From Phoronis australis (taxonomy: Eukaryota; Animalia; Phoronida), in contig NMRA01001017.1 in NCBI GenBank assembly GCA_002633005.1, positions 1 to 64,000 on the forward strand: a stretch of 64,000 bases of DNA, given 5' to 3'. How positions within the stretch are numbered: position 1 is the first letter of the stretch; each line of letters opens with the position of its first letter. The notes beneath the pieces are model-generated. The model was not told the DNA's origin, ran no database searches, and was given only the letters and a program-made list of their open reading frames with translations. Both the position numbers and the translations under genes were made by a program. Shown here piece by piece: positions 48,852 to 62,952 of this stretch.

Positions 48852-51800
48852 TCAAGGTACTTTAAATTCTTCTTTGGTGTTATCGCAACTCTGATTTACA
48901 GCAGTCTTGAGGAATGTTCGTTCCCTCTCCTTCTCCATTAGAAATTCAATTCGTCTGTGAAGAATTTTCTCATTCGCATTGTTAATATATACCACTAACG
49001 TCTTGGCACCTGAAAGTTAAACAACGATATTCTTCCAAGATGGCGATAGTCTTTGAATCACAATTAATGTGTGCAATTTGTGGATATTTTACTTATTATT
49101 TAAAATTAAATGACGTTCTAATCTAAATTATATAACCTGTTAGGACATCGATCTTTGTCTTAAAATATTGTGACTTGGCAATCACCTTGAATACAGAAAT
49201 GAAGTTTCGTTTGGTTAGAATGAAACTTAATTACTGATTCCCACATAACAACCCACTCTCAATATTACAAGTAAGACTTTCTGTGAAGTCTGTATTTCAA
49301 TTAAGAATGAAGGTGTTGCCACAGGCCAGTCCGTGTATTCCCAAGAAACATGTCAGAGAGAACGTAGGAGGGGAATTACCCCAAAAGTTTGAGAAGTTTT
49401 GATGGTACAATTTATAGGCGAATTTTAATATTCTCATACATTCTAAAGGTCTGAGTTTTTAACTGGTCCAACAGGAAGTATTTTTAAATTTATAAGTGTA
49501 CAATATCACCAATAGGTGTCAGTAGCCACAGAAGAGAATTTCTGATTATTTGGTTAATTTATTCTCTCCAAACCTATTTCTTCAAAAGTTTGCCAATTCT
49601 ATTAGAAAACCCACCACACAGTTGTCTAGACCACTTACTGTATAGTTCTGCTATGCTGACCAATTCCTGCACATCTCCTGTCTGGAACATATCGCAGACT
49701 TTCACAAGGTAGGACAAAATATCGTTTGGGCAACACTCAAATCCCTGTAAGACGACAACTACCTTAGAAGCATCAGGCGAAAATGGTCGGATAAGCACCT
49801 AGAAATAGATCATAATAATCAATAATTATTTGTTCATGACAGCAAATGATTTCCAAACATACAGTAGTGATTGAAATTCAGCAAAATTAGACAGAGGTGA
49901 GTAAAGCAATAAGGGCATCTGTCTAATGGTGCCCCCTGGCTGAACATATAGAAACTTAACTTCTGAATGACACCACTTCAGACTTTGTGAAAAAACCTGT
50001 GCCTAGGTTTGTCATGTATGGGATACTAGACATTTTGCACCTTGAGAATTTGCCGTCTTTAACTAGACAACAATAAGACACCACTGCTACTTCAAATAGA
50101 TCTATTACTATGCTCACCCTCAAGCATTCAAAAGGATGATAAATCACAATTGCCAGCCACTAGCATGCTGCACCCCTAACCTTCTGGTTGTTCTAAGTAC
50201 TCCGTGGACCCTCCTGACCCAAAAATGTTCCATCCTTCTCCACGCGCAACCCCAGACCCATACCCTAGTCACCCCATGTCTTACAACAGTCAGGCAAATT
50301 CAACTAGAGTTGAACTGCAGTAAAATGACACGGAATCATGTGGACACAATTAACCTGGTTGACATCAGTTGACCATTCATGCTAAATGGCGAGCCATGCC
50401 TGAATCGAAGGGCTCAGGGAGGAAAAGGCTAAGCCTATGGCAGACCTCCCACATAATTTACTACTCATTCAGAGCCTCAGCTTGGTGAATAAAAATAGCT
50501 GTATGTAATACGTTAACACCAACCTTACGGAAGCAGCTTGACACAATGTAAATGAGTCCGACTGTAAACCGGGTCAAAAGGTCATACACAACCAAGGTCA
50601 AACAGCTTCCTTGAACTAGTACCTGGAATATATAACATAATATTGTTGTAAAAAGTATGGAATTGTTTCGTTGCATGATTGTTTTGTCAAGCAATGCAAT
50701 GAAAAAAGTCATTTTGATTTAAGGTCATGTAGGACCTCATTCACAAGACAGTGCATTTAGCAAATAATCGATTTTTACTCAAGTTACTCAGTTCTGCATA
50801 ATTTAGTAAAAGTGTATATTTTTGAAAATTACAAGTTTGTAGAGTTTGATCTTTGACCTTTAACCAATCTGCCATTAATCGGGTCACATGACCACGATGT
50901 CTTTCCAGTAAAATTTAGCAAACAAGAAAGGTACAATGATAGCAAAACAATGGTAACATAAACAAATTTTATTTGTCTTGATAGAAATGTTCAAAATGAA
51001 ATCTCGTAACAATTTTCAAAAATATCACACAATTCCCAACAGCGCTTTTATTTGAAGAACAGCACATAAAGCATGGTATCCCAAAGTTTCACATGAGCTA
51101 TTATGTTAGCCAAATTTTTCTTGGGCCCTACTGAAGGGTCTTTAATCTCCTGGACAGCTGTACTACAATTAAAACTGCAATTTATGAGCAAACTCTCAAT
51201 GATGGCCTGTGATCAAAGTCAAAACCTGACTTGGCTCATAACACAGCAGCTTTACAGGAGACACTGGGTACAACGTGAACACTCGTAATTCAACAGGTGT
51301 CGCCACTATAGGTTATAACAAACATTTTACAAAAGCCCCCGGAGGTTCAACCGACCTTTAAATCCGACACTATCAATGTTAGCAAACATTCCTTTGTCTT
51401 CAGCTCCCCATCAGTTGGGTAGTTATCAGTAGTGACATCCACAATGCGAATATCAGTTAAACGACACTTTACGGGGTCTTCCAGAATGTGGCATCGAATT
51501 TCGTCCTCAGTGGGCGTGGCAACGGACGAAGTAACGACAGCTGGATCCTGCTTGAGTACCTGGAAAAGAAATTCATAGCTTTAAATCCATTTTGAACAAT
51601 TCAGATCATATTGTGTGGTGAACACTGAGCTGAAGCTGTGTATATATATAAACTGCAATTGATCCATGAGGACTGAAAGCTTCTGCTGCATCGTAATAAT
51701 CTATGATAAATTGTAAACTAAAGCAGAGTGGATCGAAAATGACTGAAATTGCCTGGTATATTCCATAACCTAGCTCTGTGCGGGCTATGGCAAAGTAAGG

Positions 51801-54800
51801 AAAAGGCTATTTAGTACTGAAATTCATGATATCTGAGGAACTTAGATATTTTGAACAGAAAAATAAGAATACAAAACAAATTCATAGGTCAACTAGAAAT
51901 TATTTTTTTGGAAGTCATAAAATGTTTGCTTGCTTAGATTCTTCAATAAAACTACTTTAAATTTTCAAAAGGCATTGTTCAGACAAACAAAACACAGAGT
52001 TCTACAAGAACGCTTTAGACAGTTTCACAGGCATACCTCGCAACACTCGACCACACTGTTGTACTGTTGAAGTGTGTGCATGGAACAAAACTTGGAGTTG
52101 TGTACCCTGTCCATTTTTTTACCCATCAATGGTGTCCATGACAACGGATCAAGTGGCTCACAGTGTACAATCTGAAGGCATTATCAAGTCGGAATGATCC
52201 TGAAACATGGCTTTGGCCAAGGAGTTAATACAACAGTATGCACTGGACATCCCTTGTGTCACCAGGATCTTAAGGTCGTGTTGGACTCTATCAACAAGTT
52301 AACGTATTTAGCAAAATACCACAAAATGAGATTTTAAACCTGTAGAAATACATATTTTCTGAATTCTGAATTTCTGAATTGGATTTTGTACCCTTATCGA
52401 TCTGCCATTAATATGGTCATGTGACCATGTCCTTTTAGCAGGGATATACCTTTAACTAAACCTGGCTAATCGCCAACTGGGCCACTAGCTTTCAAAGTTT
52501 AGGAGCCCAGACTAAAAGCTAGGGGGCCCAGATTTTTGAAGGATAGTTGCGATAATAACATGAACAAACAAGATAAGGAACAAAAACTGGAGTCGGCGCT
52601 TAAATATAAACATGTGTTTAGATCGACGGTCATACATAAAACTATGTAGCTTCCAATAAACAGAAAAGGGTTATTAAACGGAAAATGTACTCAACTTAAT
52701 AGTAAGTTTGTAGGAACCATGCAGTGAGAGGAGTCACCCCATTAAAAAATATTTACTTTTCGTGTGCGAAAGAATTGCAACATAGATCGTTGAATTCATG
52801 ACATACCAATACATAAAAAATGCCTCTGAGCATATTCTGCATTCGGCTTCAATCATGTCCAGCTGTCACGATCGCAATCAATAGAGTCTATTACCCATTC
52901 AAGAACACAATTCTAACGATACCAACAAGTGTTCAGATGTGAGCTTAATATTGACGAAAATATTAATTAAAAATAGTCAAGTGACAATCACCCTTTCAAG
53001 AACAGAATTCCAATAAAATCAATAAGTGTTCAGATAATGTGATTAACATTGACAAAAATACTAAAATCAATATTTCCAAAGAATAGAAGCAGCACTTAAC
53101 ATCAAGAAATGCCAAACTTGCTGTGCGTAGAGATATTTAATTCAACATACAACTGCCACGGTAACAGTCATAAACAGGAAGTCGGATCATGCTTTCAGCC
53201 AAATATTTCACTGTCCTTCAACAGAACTTACGGAAAATATGCAAAACAATAAACAATTGACTGCTCTTTCTAATGATACCAAATTCATCGTTTACATACA
53301 ATCTTATATGTAAAAACATTACACAGAAAATGTCAAATGGGATTAACATTAACCTCACTATGAACTCATTGACAACTTGGAAATGTCTTAAAATTCACAT
53401 CATAACTTTCAGGTTTCCAGGTCTATCTAAAACTTGATCGTTTTTGACGAGAACTCTCTTTTTGGATACCGTACCTAGGTCGAAGTATGGTAATTTGTAC
53501 ATCATTTTAGGTACGACCATCGGTGTATGTACTTATTCAGATTCAAGTGCTGACTTCATATGGACTGTCTCATGAAATTGGAATTTCCCAGCAAAGATTT
53601 TTTTAATACGCTTTATTGTATAAACTGCAACACGAAAACTTTCACAGTGTCACAGATGTCTGACATTTTTGAACTTTTACAATGTGGTATGCAGGTCTAA
53701 AAATATTTTTTACTGGGGAAATTGGTGCATTTGATGCCATGTTCCGTGTCTGTAATCCCATGACCTCAGTGTTCACCGTCCAAGAGATTTAAAATGATTG
53801 AACGTGTTTGTTTTCTTCCAAATGCTCGTTATAGCTGTGTCCTAGGTGTTTGTCGTGTTTCCTTTTCCGGAGATCTGAAACACCGTCTTCGAAACGCCGC
53901 ATACTATACTGAACAATTTGCCAACTTCATCTCCCAATCTCTGTACAACGTGCTGATGTATTTGATTGACCTAGATTTGTTTTAATTGGCCTAGGTATAT
54001 AGTTACGCATGTACTATTAATACTGTGAGGGATCATCAGACTGCATTATACGGACAACGCAGTATTTATCCAAACTTCACTTTGAAATGCGAGGACGTAG
54101 TCAGATGTAAACTGAAAATACCGACTTTGATGAACTATAGTATTATTCCCATGGTACGTCATGTGTTGAAAAGATATCAAACTGCGAAAATACTTTATTG
54201 CGTAATCCAGTTACTTCGCTTGTAAGTGTCGACATGATTTCGTGAATGTTTAGAAAACAAGTTAGTATTACTAATTATAAAGCTAGGTCACAAGCTGGGC
54301 GACAGAACTGACAACCGTGCCAACAATACATTGATTGACCAAACTTTGTTTAATATTATAATATTAAATGTTCATGGTGAAATCACACAAACACTGAAAC
54401 AGTTTTCTAAATAGTGATTTTGTTTTCGTTTTATGCAATTTGAGAGCTTTTCAATGTTTTATAGCCTCTCATACAAAAGTAGAACATTATAAAACAATTC
54501 CTAACAATGTTTTGGAGAACTGTGCATAAAGCATGATTTGTGAAAGTTTTGTATGAATCCAATCAGATATTTTAGAGAGAAATTTTTACAATTAAGATAG
54601 CACAATTTGGATATTTTTCTAGGACATAACCTTAATAAAACGCTCTCAGGTGGAAACAAAACTTATTCAGAGATCATTGCTTTAAGCCTCAAATAACACA
54701 GACTCAAAAAACAAAATCAAATTACATTGAATGCTTCTCAGTGATTCACGATTCACAAAATGCACAACTCAAGTATTGAGCATGCTTATCACGAATTAAT

Positions 54801-57800
54801 CTTAAAACTTCTTCAAGCTTAGACTTCATCTTGCACAAGAAAAAGTGATTTATAATTTGAATTCACTGGAGAAATAAAAAACTGCTATTATGACAAAATT
54901 CCTCAATAAGAAAATTAAACTTGCCTCAAACCAATGGAAGCTGTCGTTATATTCGGTGGGTTTCCATAGTAACACTTGCTGTCGCCACGGTAGAGATTCC
55001 AAGTTTTTCCTGTCATGAAAACTCCCTGACAATCGTACATCCACACTTAGGCATCCTGAAGGTTTGTATACAGGCTTGGGGACCACCTTATTGTAGTAGG
55101 GCAGTCTTTTTAAGAAGCAAGCATTCAAATAATGTTCTGCACATTGCTCTTGCAAGTCGTTCAAGTGTTCACTCAATTCTGGTGTCATATAGTTGAAGCA
55201 TTCCAAGTTTCTAAGTATGGTCTGTTTCTGATAGTCCATGAATTTTTGGCAGCACGCAATGTGTTGCTCAATGTAGGAAAGTGGTATTTGATCTTTGGTG
55301 AATAACACATTTTCATGCAAGAGACTACAGGAATCTGGTATTTGATCTTTGGTAAATAACGCACTCTCAGTCGATAGACTAGAGTCACCTGAAATGCAAG
55401 AAGGCAATTACCAACAATTACCTTTTTGTACACTTGCTACTAAACTGTCTTTCAGTTTCGTTCACATTCCCAGCAAAACATAGACAACATCAACAAAAAG
55501 AAAATAACTTTGTTTGCAGCTAACTTACTGAAAAACTGCCTCAGCGTTGGCAGAAGTCTTTCAAAGTCCTCTCGACCAATGAAATGTTTGCAGACAACGT
55601 ACACCTCTGAATTCCCCGACTTGCTTGTCGCTGGCTTATGAATGTGGACCTAGAAGGCAGAGTTAGGTCTCAGTACATTGTATTACACGCTACCCTTTGT
55701 GACAGTGCAAGGTAAAATTTCACCGATTCAGGACACAATTTGTCTTCTATTTTATTTTCAAAAAAGATAAAGTAGCACCAATTAGTGCCGTACCATCTTG
55801 TCTTCCGTAGTTACTATCAGACAATATTCTGAAAAACTGCAAGCATACGCGTATTGAAAATTACGGAAAGAAAATTTGGCAATTATTATTGGTTGAAACT
55901 GATAAGACTTCACTGTATAAGGAATAAAGGATATCGATAAAAAGCCGAAGGAGCTGTATAAATACAGAACAAGACGGTTTCAACATACCTGTTCAAACAG
56001 ACAGTTGAGCAAATACAGCAAACAAATGGACTGAGACTCGAACGCGGTGAACATCTTCAGAACAAAATGGCCGCCATCGGACAGGATGCTCAAGGCTGTC
56101 GTCACCTCGCAGTAGTGAAGTTTAGACACAATGGACTCTTGTTCAGCGGGATTACCCTGGCAATTCACGGAACCATCTGCAGTAACCTAGGATTATAGTG
56201 ATACAATAATTTTGAGTCAGCTATTAAAGTCAAAAGCAACTGTTTTTAGGTTGCCATACTATAGAACCCTGGTTGTCTTGGAAAAATGTTCCATGTCAAT
56301 CACTGTTTCCTTGCCTTCTATTTACTAACCATACAACAGTTGAAAGTAACATTAAGATCATTTATGTCTCGAGTCAAAGCTACTAACTTCAAGTAGTCTG
56401 TTCCATTTAACAATCCCCAAAACTGTATAAAACAGAGTGTTCAAACTTAGTAATTCGGCAACAGCAGCGAAATGCTGGCATATCCTTAAATTTTACACCC
56501 AAATTTGAAAGGTTGTGAAGTTATGATTTTACGATAAGACAAAGCTATGGGTCCACTTTTACAACTAAGCACCCTTTATTGTGTTAAAGACCAAATAATA
56601 TTAATAAAGTCGTTTTTATTTCATTACCAACTCCACATGACCCATCTTTTTCACTTTGCTACACAGGCCCTCATAGACCCAAAGGTCCAGTATGTCGCCC
56701 ACACTTGATGGTCCAAAGTACCAGCGATCTGGAGTGTTCAGAACGAGGCGGTCATCGGGAATCATTATTGACAGACTGGATCCCTCGTAATGCGGATTGA
56801 GACTATTGGCTAGCCAATCCCACTTGAAGGAGAATCCTAAAATTTCAATAAGCAACTTATTAATTATGAGTAGCTTACAAAGTGTTGCTTGAATGGGTAA
56901 CTTCATGTAACAGTGCATCCTGTCATAATGCAGTGTTTTAATGCAAATATTACAGAAGAAAATTAATTCGTTTTAAACCCACTTCGAACGATGTTCTGAT
57001 TTTATAAATGCAATTTCTTCACAGGCGTGTTTGCTCTTCCAAAGCATCGTCATTGTCTCTTTATCTTTTGACAGAATTGAAATTCGAAATAAGAAATCGC
57101 CTGGAACTCCTCAATCATAGCAATTGGCACTATGCAACTGACAACATAGCAACATAATGGGCCTGGTTCGAAGCAATAATGACCCGTCAGCTCTTCTCAA
57201 CCCTAAAATTCATTTCTAATCTGAGTGGGGACAATTATTGTATAAAAGAAAGTGGCCTTAATCAAACGTTGGATTTTGTCAGAAAGCATTAGGATTATTG
57301 TCTCATTATAAATATTGTCAACGTTAAAAGTAAAAACTTCACCAAGTTTATTGCAACGGATCTGGTTTAGAAGCAATTAATGAACACCACTCAGACCACA
57401 GTAATTGTGAAAACCACAAACCGCACTAAAACATCTGTAGTGTTAGACAAAAACGGAATAATTTATTTATTTAAAGACAGCACTGTATGTGACTTTAAAC
57501 ACATCCATGCTGTACCGTGTTGAAATACTAGCTTTTCCAATTTCTTCCTGATTAAGACCACAGCTAATATCAATCCACATGTCAGCCACCACAAAGGTGT
57601 CAACAGTCTCTAGGCATAGCACCCAATCAAGACACGGGATCCAATCCACAACTGACAAGTTGACCAAACAACATATTCATATATGTTATGTTGCCACCCT
57701 AAAACCAGGAATTTGCATAACTGTGCACCCCCAGGATGGTCTACGCATACATTGTACATTGCTATACCCTGTGACTGTTTGACACTACAGAGACCCACTT

Positions 57801-59650
57801 GGAAAGCAATGATGTCACTGAAGAAGTCACCATCATTTTACATATTAAATGTCGATCAATCAATCAATAACATAAGTAAATCAATAAATAAAAATAAATG
57901 TTGATGAAAGCCAACCTTCTGTCGACAAAGTTAAATCAAAAGGGACTTTTAAGTCATATATTTGGAAGCCATTTCAACCAATGCCTTAAAATGGCATAGC
58001 AATGTCCTCTCTTCAATTCCCTCTGCTAACCATTATGAAACTGGCATTGGCTTATTTTTTGCTTAAATTAGAAGTCAGTGTTTCTGGTCTTGGTAGAATT
58101 GACAATTGTTAATGACCTGAAATCATGCTACATACATGCAAAGACCAGCCATGTGAAGCCAGTTACTGGAGCCTGGTCATACCCGATTATAAACTTCCAG
58201 TTTTACAAGAAATCACTACTACGTTGAGTACTGAATACGCATGGGTCATGGCAAGAATTGTACGGTGACACTTGGCTCACCTAAATTTCCAACTGCTGCC
58301 AGCTGTTTATGAGCCATGACGTGGCACACCCAGGAAAGAATAAATGGGAAGCAGACTACTATCTAATGCTGGCCCCAGTATAGACTGCGCCAGCAATGAT
58401 CTAATTGCCTACAACTGCATGATTCTTAGGCAAGCAAACTGGCCAATTTCGACCGGTGAGGGTGAGAACATAGGATTCTTATCATGTCTAAGACCAGTAA
58501 TGTTGTATATTAGTAAGCTGACCAAATCGAAAGTTATTTTTCCATTGAAAATAGTTTTTAGCAGCGTAAATAGTAAATATGAAGACAAACCATGCGTCTT
58601 CATAAAGTGATTCAGGCTGGTGATGAATGCCCCTGGTGCCTCACACAGATGGACAGAGTTGAACTCCTCATTGTTTTTAGGTAGGATATCAAACTTCGAC
58701 AAAATCTCATGAAATTTGCACCATGCCTGAGTACACAGCTCTGGGTGGATTGCCTTCACGACACATGGTACAATACCACCTGCAGGATTCATGCGCTGTG
58801 TGTGATCATGCCATTGGCTGATATCCATATGACTCAGTTTGTCCTTAGTTGAATTGAGCTCTTGTTTCATAACCTGAAGGGTCGAATCGTACCTGAAAAA
58901 ATAAAGAAAACACGTCCCACTGTGGTCCCAACTTGAAATAGTAATTCAAGTCACTCTGTGAGGATAAAGGCAGGTTAGTTTCGTGAACAAGAATACACTC
59001 TCAAAAAACAGTTTAGCTCGGTATCAAGACAATAACAGGCAGCCAGTTCTTTCCAAGTCTCCAAATCAAGTCTAATCTGAGAAAGTAACGTGTTGATACC
59101 CAAATTCCAATTTTACAGCAAGTCACCTAACAAATGGCGACTTAATAGCAGCCACACTGTAGAATTGTTGTGAGGACTTGACAGGGACCTCAGGGGCCTC
59201 ACGCTCCACTGGCCCATCTACACTATTTTGAAAAGGCGTTGCCCAGTCACACATTGTGTGTCAAGAGATAATGATAGCTGCAGCTGACGCGGCAAGGAGA
59301 GCTACTCTCGTTTATCACATTGGTGTAGACTCACAGTAGAACTGGGGTTTTCTGTTGAACCCAGACCGTACGGAGTTGCACCAAATACCAACTCCGGACG
59401 GTCTCTCACGACGATTTAGTGTGGTGTTTAATTATACAATGCGAGGAAGTCTGCCATGCAGCAGAATTTAATTGTACCACAGGGAAGAGTCATTCCACGG
59501 TTGGGATGGCAACTTCCAGTTTCCACACTTTTCAAAGGTGTAAGTTTTGTTGAAGAGGTCTGTTATTTCACTGTCTAACTTCCCATTTCTTCTTGGAGTT
59601 GAGCATTCTTGCCAGTCGCTAGAAGCACGTTTTCGCTTTTTCTTGGGCAT
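48852..59650 (-). CDS. CMTR2: Cap-specific mRNA (nucleoside-2'-O)-methyltransferase 2, 740 aa, 11 coding exons
   Basis: Exons 59650-59478, 58892-58591, 56836-56628, 56186-55989, 55649-55529, 55388-54925, 52171-52037, 51559-51356, 50622-50524, 49798-49639 and 49009-48852 total 2223 nt in frame. Motifs [47 protein letters not shown] and [16 protein letters not shown] give the RrmJ/FtsJ K-D-K-E tetrad. [11 protein letters not shown] belongs to the C-terminal domain. Confidence 0.93.
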
Positions 59651-59965
59651 TTTCTGAAATGTAAACATGTATAAAATAATGAATACGATAAAATAAAATG
59701 TAGTGTTATCATAAATGATCATAATAGGCGCTTAGATCAGATTTCATGATCAGCAGCATCAGGCTTTTTGAACAACACCAGGAAAATGAACAAATCCATT
59801 GATCGATGAAACGGGACACATGCCATGGGTTTCTTATTCCAGCCTGGATTCACAGTAGCCTTTGTGAGGGCCAATATTTGATGTGCAGTGTGAGTGTGGC
59901 ATGAAGGCCACGCCTAGGAGCTTGACAAACCATCCACCTGAACAGGAATCGCCAGTGTCACTTAC

Positions 59966-60351
59966 GTGCTTGCTGAACTCACGTTCTTGATAAACATACC
60001 TCTCGTCTTGTGCGACTTTCCTGACATCTACTGGCGAGAAAAGCTGGCTGATTTGAAACCAAGCTCTTTAGTTACGCACAACAATTGTAAATCAATTTGT
60101 TGCACATTTATATAATATTTACCACTTATTGTACAATTTTATGGCTTTTAGTTACCATTTAAAATTTTTGTAGTTCACAAAAGCTTTGTTAATGACAAAC
60201 ACAATTAAAGAATTATAGATACTCAACTAAATTGGCGAAACGTAAACGTACTTTTTTAAGCGGAAGTCGACATCCTTGAAGAAAAACAAACGTGCTGAAC
60301 TTTGCGATATTTAACGATTAACTCTAACAGAGTTAAAAGTGCGTTTGAGCG
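59966..60351. promoter_or_regulatory. Putative bidirectional promoter region between CMTR2 and RPAP2
   Basis: Divergent ATGs at 59650 (-) and 60352 (+). A minus-strand donor GTAAGT at 59965 could close a non-coding CMTR2 exon. An ETS-type GCGGAAGT lies at ~60260. Confidence 0.55.
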
Positions 60352-62952
60352 ATGGATCAAGCTGTCGAAAATGGAAAGCCTATGGAGGCAGCTAATAAAC
60401 GGTATATGGTTATGTAGTACATCCTGTCAGAAAGGGCAATCTTGTCTGGTAATACAAGTGGTAAATCCATGCGGTTTTTGTAGCGCAGTTTGTAGAAAAT
60501 TTCTCCAACGTCGGGACTTGAACCCGGCCTGTCACAGCTTTCGCGTGTGAGAGCCGAGTGTCTAAACCGTTCAGTGACACCCAGAAGTCACGTACCACAA
60601 CACTCCTCTTCCATCTACCGATCAAGCTAGCCAGCTAGCTGTATGTCAAAATGCAGCTAGGTACCACTGGCACTGGCACTCTGTGTACTGCGCTGACAGA
60701 CTGACCATAGCCCTAGTAGATCTGCACGACACCTTGCCGTGAAACTTGTATCAGCATGTAGAGCTAAAGACGTGCGAGGGTGCATGCAAAATCTGGGAGT
60801 CAACCAGCACTCACCTTGCCCGTTACAGCCTCTTAAGTGAAAAACAGTCTAATAAAGGTCATTTTCTTGCATACTTCTCCACCTTTTGTAGCAAAGAAAA
60901 GTATGTCATCATTTTGAAAACACTACATTTGTGACATGCAACAGAAAAATTTGTTCTGAAATTTGTTTTGCTGGTATCAAAATTTTAAAAACTGAAGTGA
61001 AACCGGTTCCAATAATTTGTTGTGACATGTAGACAACCTCGTGAAAGAACAACAGTTGATTGAAGAATGGATGAAAAAAGAAACTGGCCAATAGGTGATG
61101 CAATATTTCATGGTGCCGATAGCTGATGCAAAAGATCGTACAACAATTTTAGCTGCAGAATAACAGTAGAATGCCATTTTTTCCAACACCGGTAAATAAT
61201 TCAGTTTACTCAAGGAAGACTAGTTTTTAATGACACTAATTTTGAATTAGATTTTATGTGGTCATTTTTTACCCACATCGGCACAACGCTTTATATTTAG
61301 TATACAGCTTTGCACCAAGACCGCCTACCCCCTCATGAGGGCAATTTCGCGTGATTTTTCAATATTTTTCGGAGGGAAATGGAGTTGATGTTTGTCCCAA
61401 AATGGAGGGATTGAGGGGCCTGCCTCACCTGAAACAATATAGTGGATAGCCGTTTCTTCTCAAGCCTAGAATTCAATTATATGTAATCTGTGCCATAGTA
61501 CAGGAAGTGACCAAAAGTTGTTTATGGCAGTTATTAGCTTTATCACGCACACAAAGCCATCGTAAAGCAAGATGAGACAAGATTGTTTTCATTGGTTAGA
61601 AATTTTGCTTTTGAATTCTTGATTTGATGCATTGTAAACTATCTTTTCCAGTATGGCTGATTTAGAGAACCACTTCCGGAAGAAACGAGAGGCAGAGAAA
61701 AGGGCTCTCACCATTATTGAGAGGTTGCTAGGTGATGGTGTGTCGGAAGAGTTTCTGGTTGATGCGGTAAGCTGTTGCAAAATTTGTTTTGATTAATAAA
61801 TGAGTTGAGACCAATTTAAATAGTAGTTAGTTTTCACAAAAAAAGTTTAAGTCTGGTCTGCATGCCATGTCATGTGACCTAATGAACAATAGTCTAAAAC
61901 GATTTCTGCCTCGACTGGTAGTCGAACCCGGGACCTTCTGCTAACCATGCAGACACTCTGTCCACTGAGCCACTGGCACTAATGGTCAAACATAGAAATC
62001 CAAGCAGATCAAGCACTGGGCATCTCGCCCAAAAACTCGTGAGTGTATATAATATATATATTTATATATGTGTAAATCCTGAACGGGTGTGGAAGTATGG
62101 AGTAGTTAATTTTCTAAATCAAAAGTTAATTTCTTTGACAGAACGTGGATTTATTGCCGCTTTCACTTTATTCCGATCACTTTGTGTCTGTAACTTCACT
62201 CTAAGAATTCGAAACCGTTTTTAGATAAAGATCACGTCTGTCTTATGGTCTATGCTTGACCTTCAGAACAGCATAACGGCATACTAGGCAAATTAACCAA
62301 CCCCTTCCCTCGCCATCACCCCATACCTTTCTGGCCATGGTACAAAATGCCACCTGCGTACCATTGAAAATTATGGCTGCCCCCATATGGCATCCTAGAT
62401 TCATCCAAATGTGAATTTAACTTAGAATACTCCTCAGTAATGTTCACATGCGAATTTATTTTTACGTGACAGTGGAACTATTTTTAATGTGACAGGTACA
62501 AAGTTTATGGTGTACGCACGTACCTCTGATGCGCTTAATTGTGTCGAAGCTCAATGTGATGCCTTGCAGTTCTGTTAACCAGAAATACCAGCCTTTGTCA
62601 TCTGGACGAGATCGATGTGGTTGTTTATTGGCCAGATGCTTGAAAGCAGGGATTTCTTTTTGTTCTCTGCTGATTCTGATCAATACGTTTAATTTCATGG
62701 TCACATATTTTAAGTTCAGTCCTGTGGGATTCTGTGGGTTCTTAACTGCGTAACGTTCTCAGCCAAATTTGATCTCTCTGTCTCAGGTATTCTGATGGCA
62801 ACATTGTCTTCTGTTACTGTCTCGCTGCTCATAATGGACTTCACTGGTTCCAGGCGAAATTTATCAACCCGGAGTATTACAATGACGCTGTCGTGGAAAG
62901 GAGTATTATAAAGCTATGTGGTTATCCGTTGTGCACAAACTCTTTAAAAAAC
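60352..62952 (+). CDS. RPAP2: RNA polymerase II-associated protein 2 (Rtr1 family), first three coding exons; continues beyond the window
   Basis: Exons 60352-60401, 61652-61766 and 62854-62952 are in phase: ...[62 protein letters not shown], containing the Rtr1/RPAP2 YxDxxxER...CGYPLC signature. The first exon is inferred from phase only. Confidence 0.9.
60625..61320 (+). mobile_element. Dispersed repeat (HINE-like), copy 3, in RPAP2 intron 1
   Basis: Homologous to 36000-36600, including the terminal hairpin region. Confidence 0.8.
61845..62040 (-). mobile_element. Repeat with tRNA-like core (SINE family B)
   Basis: Minus-strand TGGCTCAGTGG (A box) and GGTTCGACTACC (B box). Homologous to 42050-42270. 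Confidence 0.6.

Noticed and set aside
53794-53985. Possible additional CMTR2 exon or KolX-like peptide (RLRNAAYY)
   Set aside because: The minus-strand frames hit stops, the CMTR2 model is in phase without it, and the plus-strand similarity is too short to call.
60503-60580. tRNA-like segments (also ~4620-4690, ~34545-34600, ~42125-42195, ~47190-47265, ~61905-61980)
   Set aside because: A/B-box-like motifs are present but I could not fold an intact cloverleaf, and several are embedded in repeated bodies; treated as SINE-derived rather than tRNA genes.
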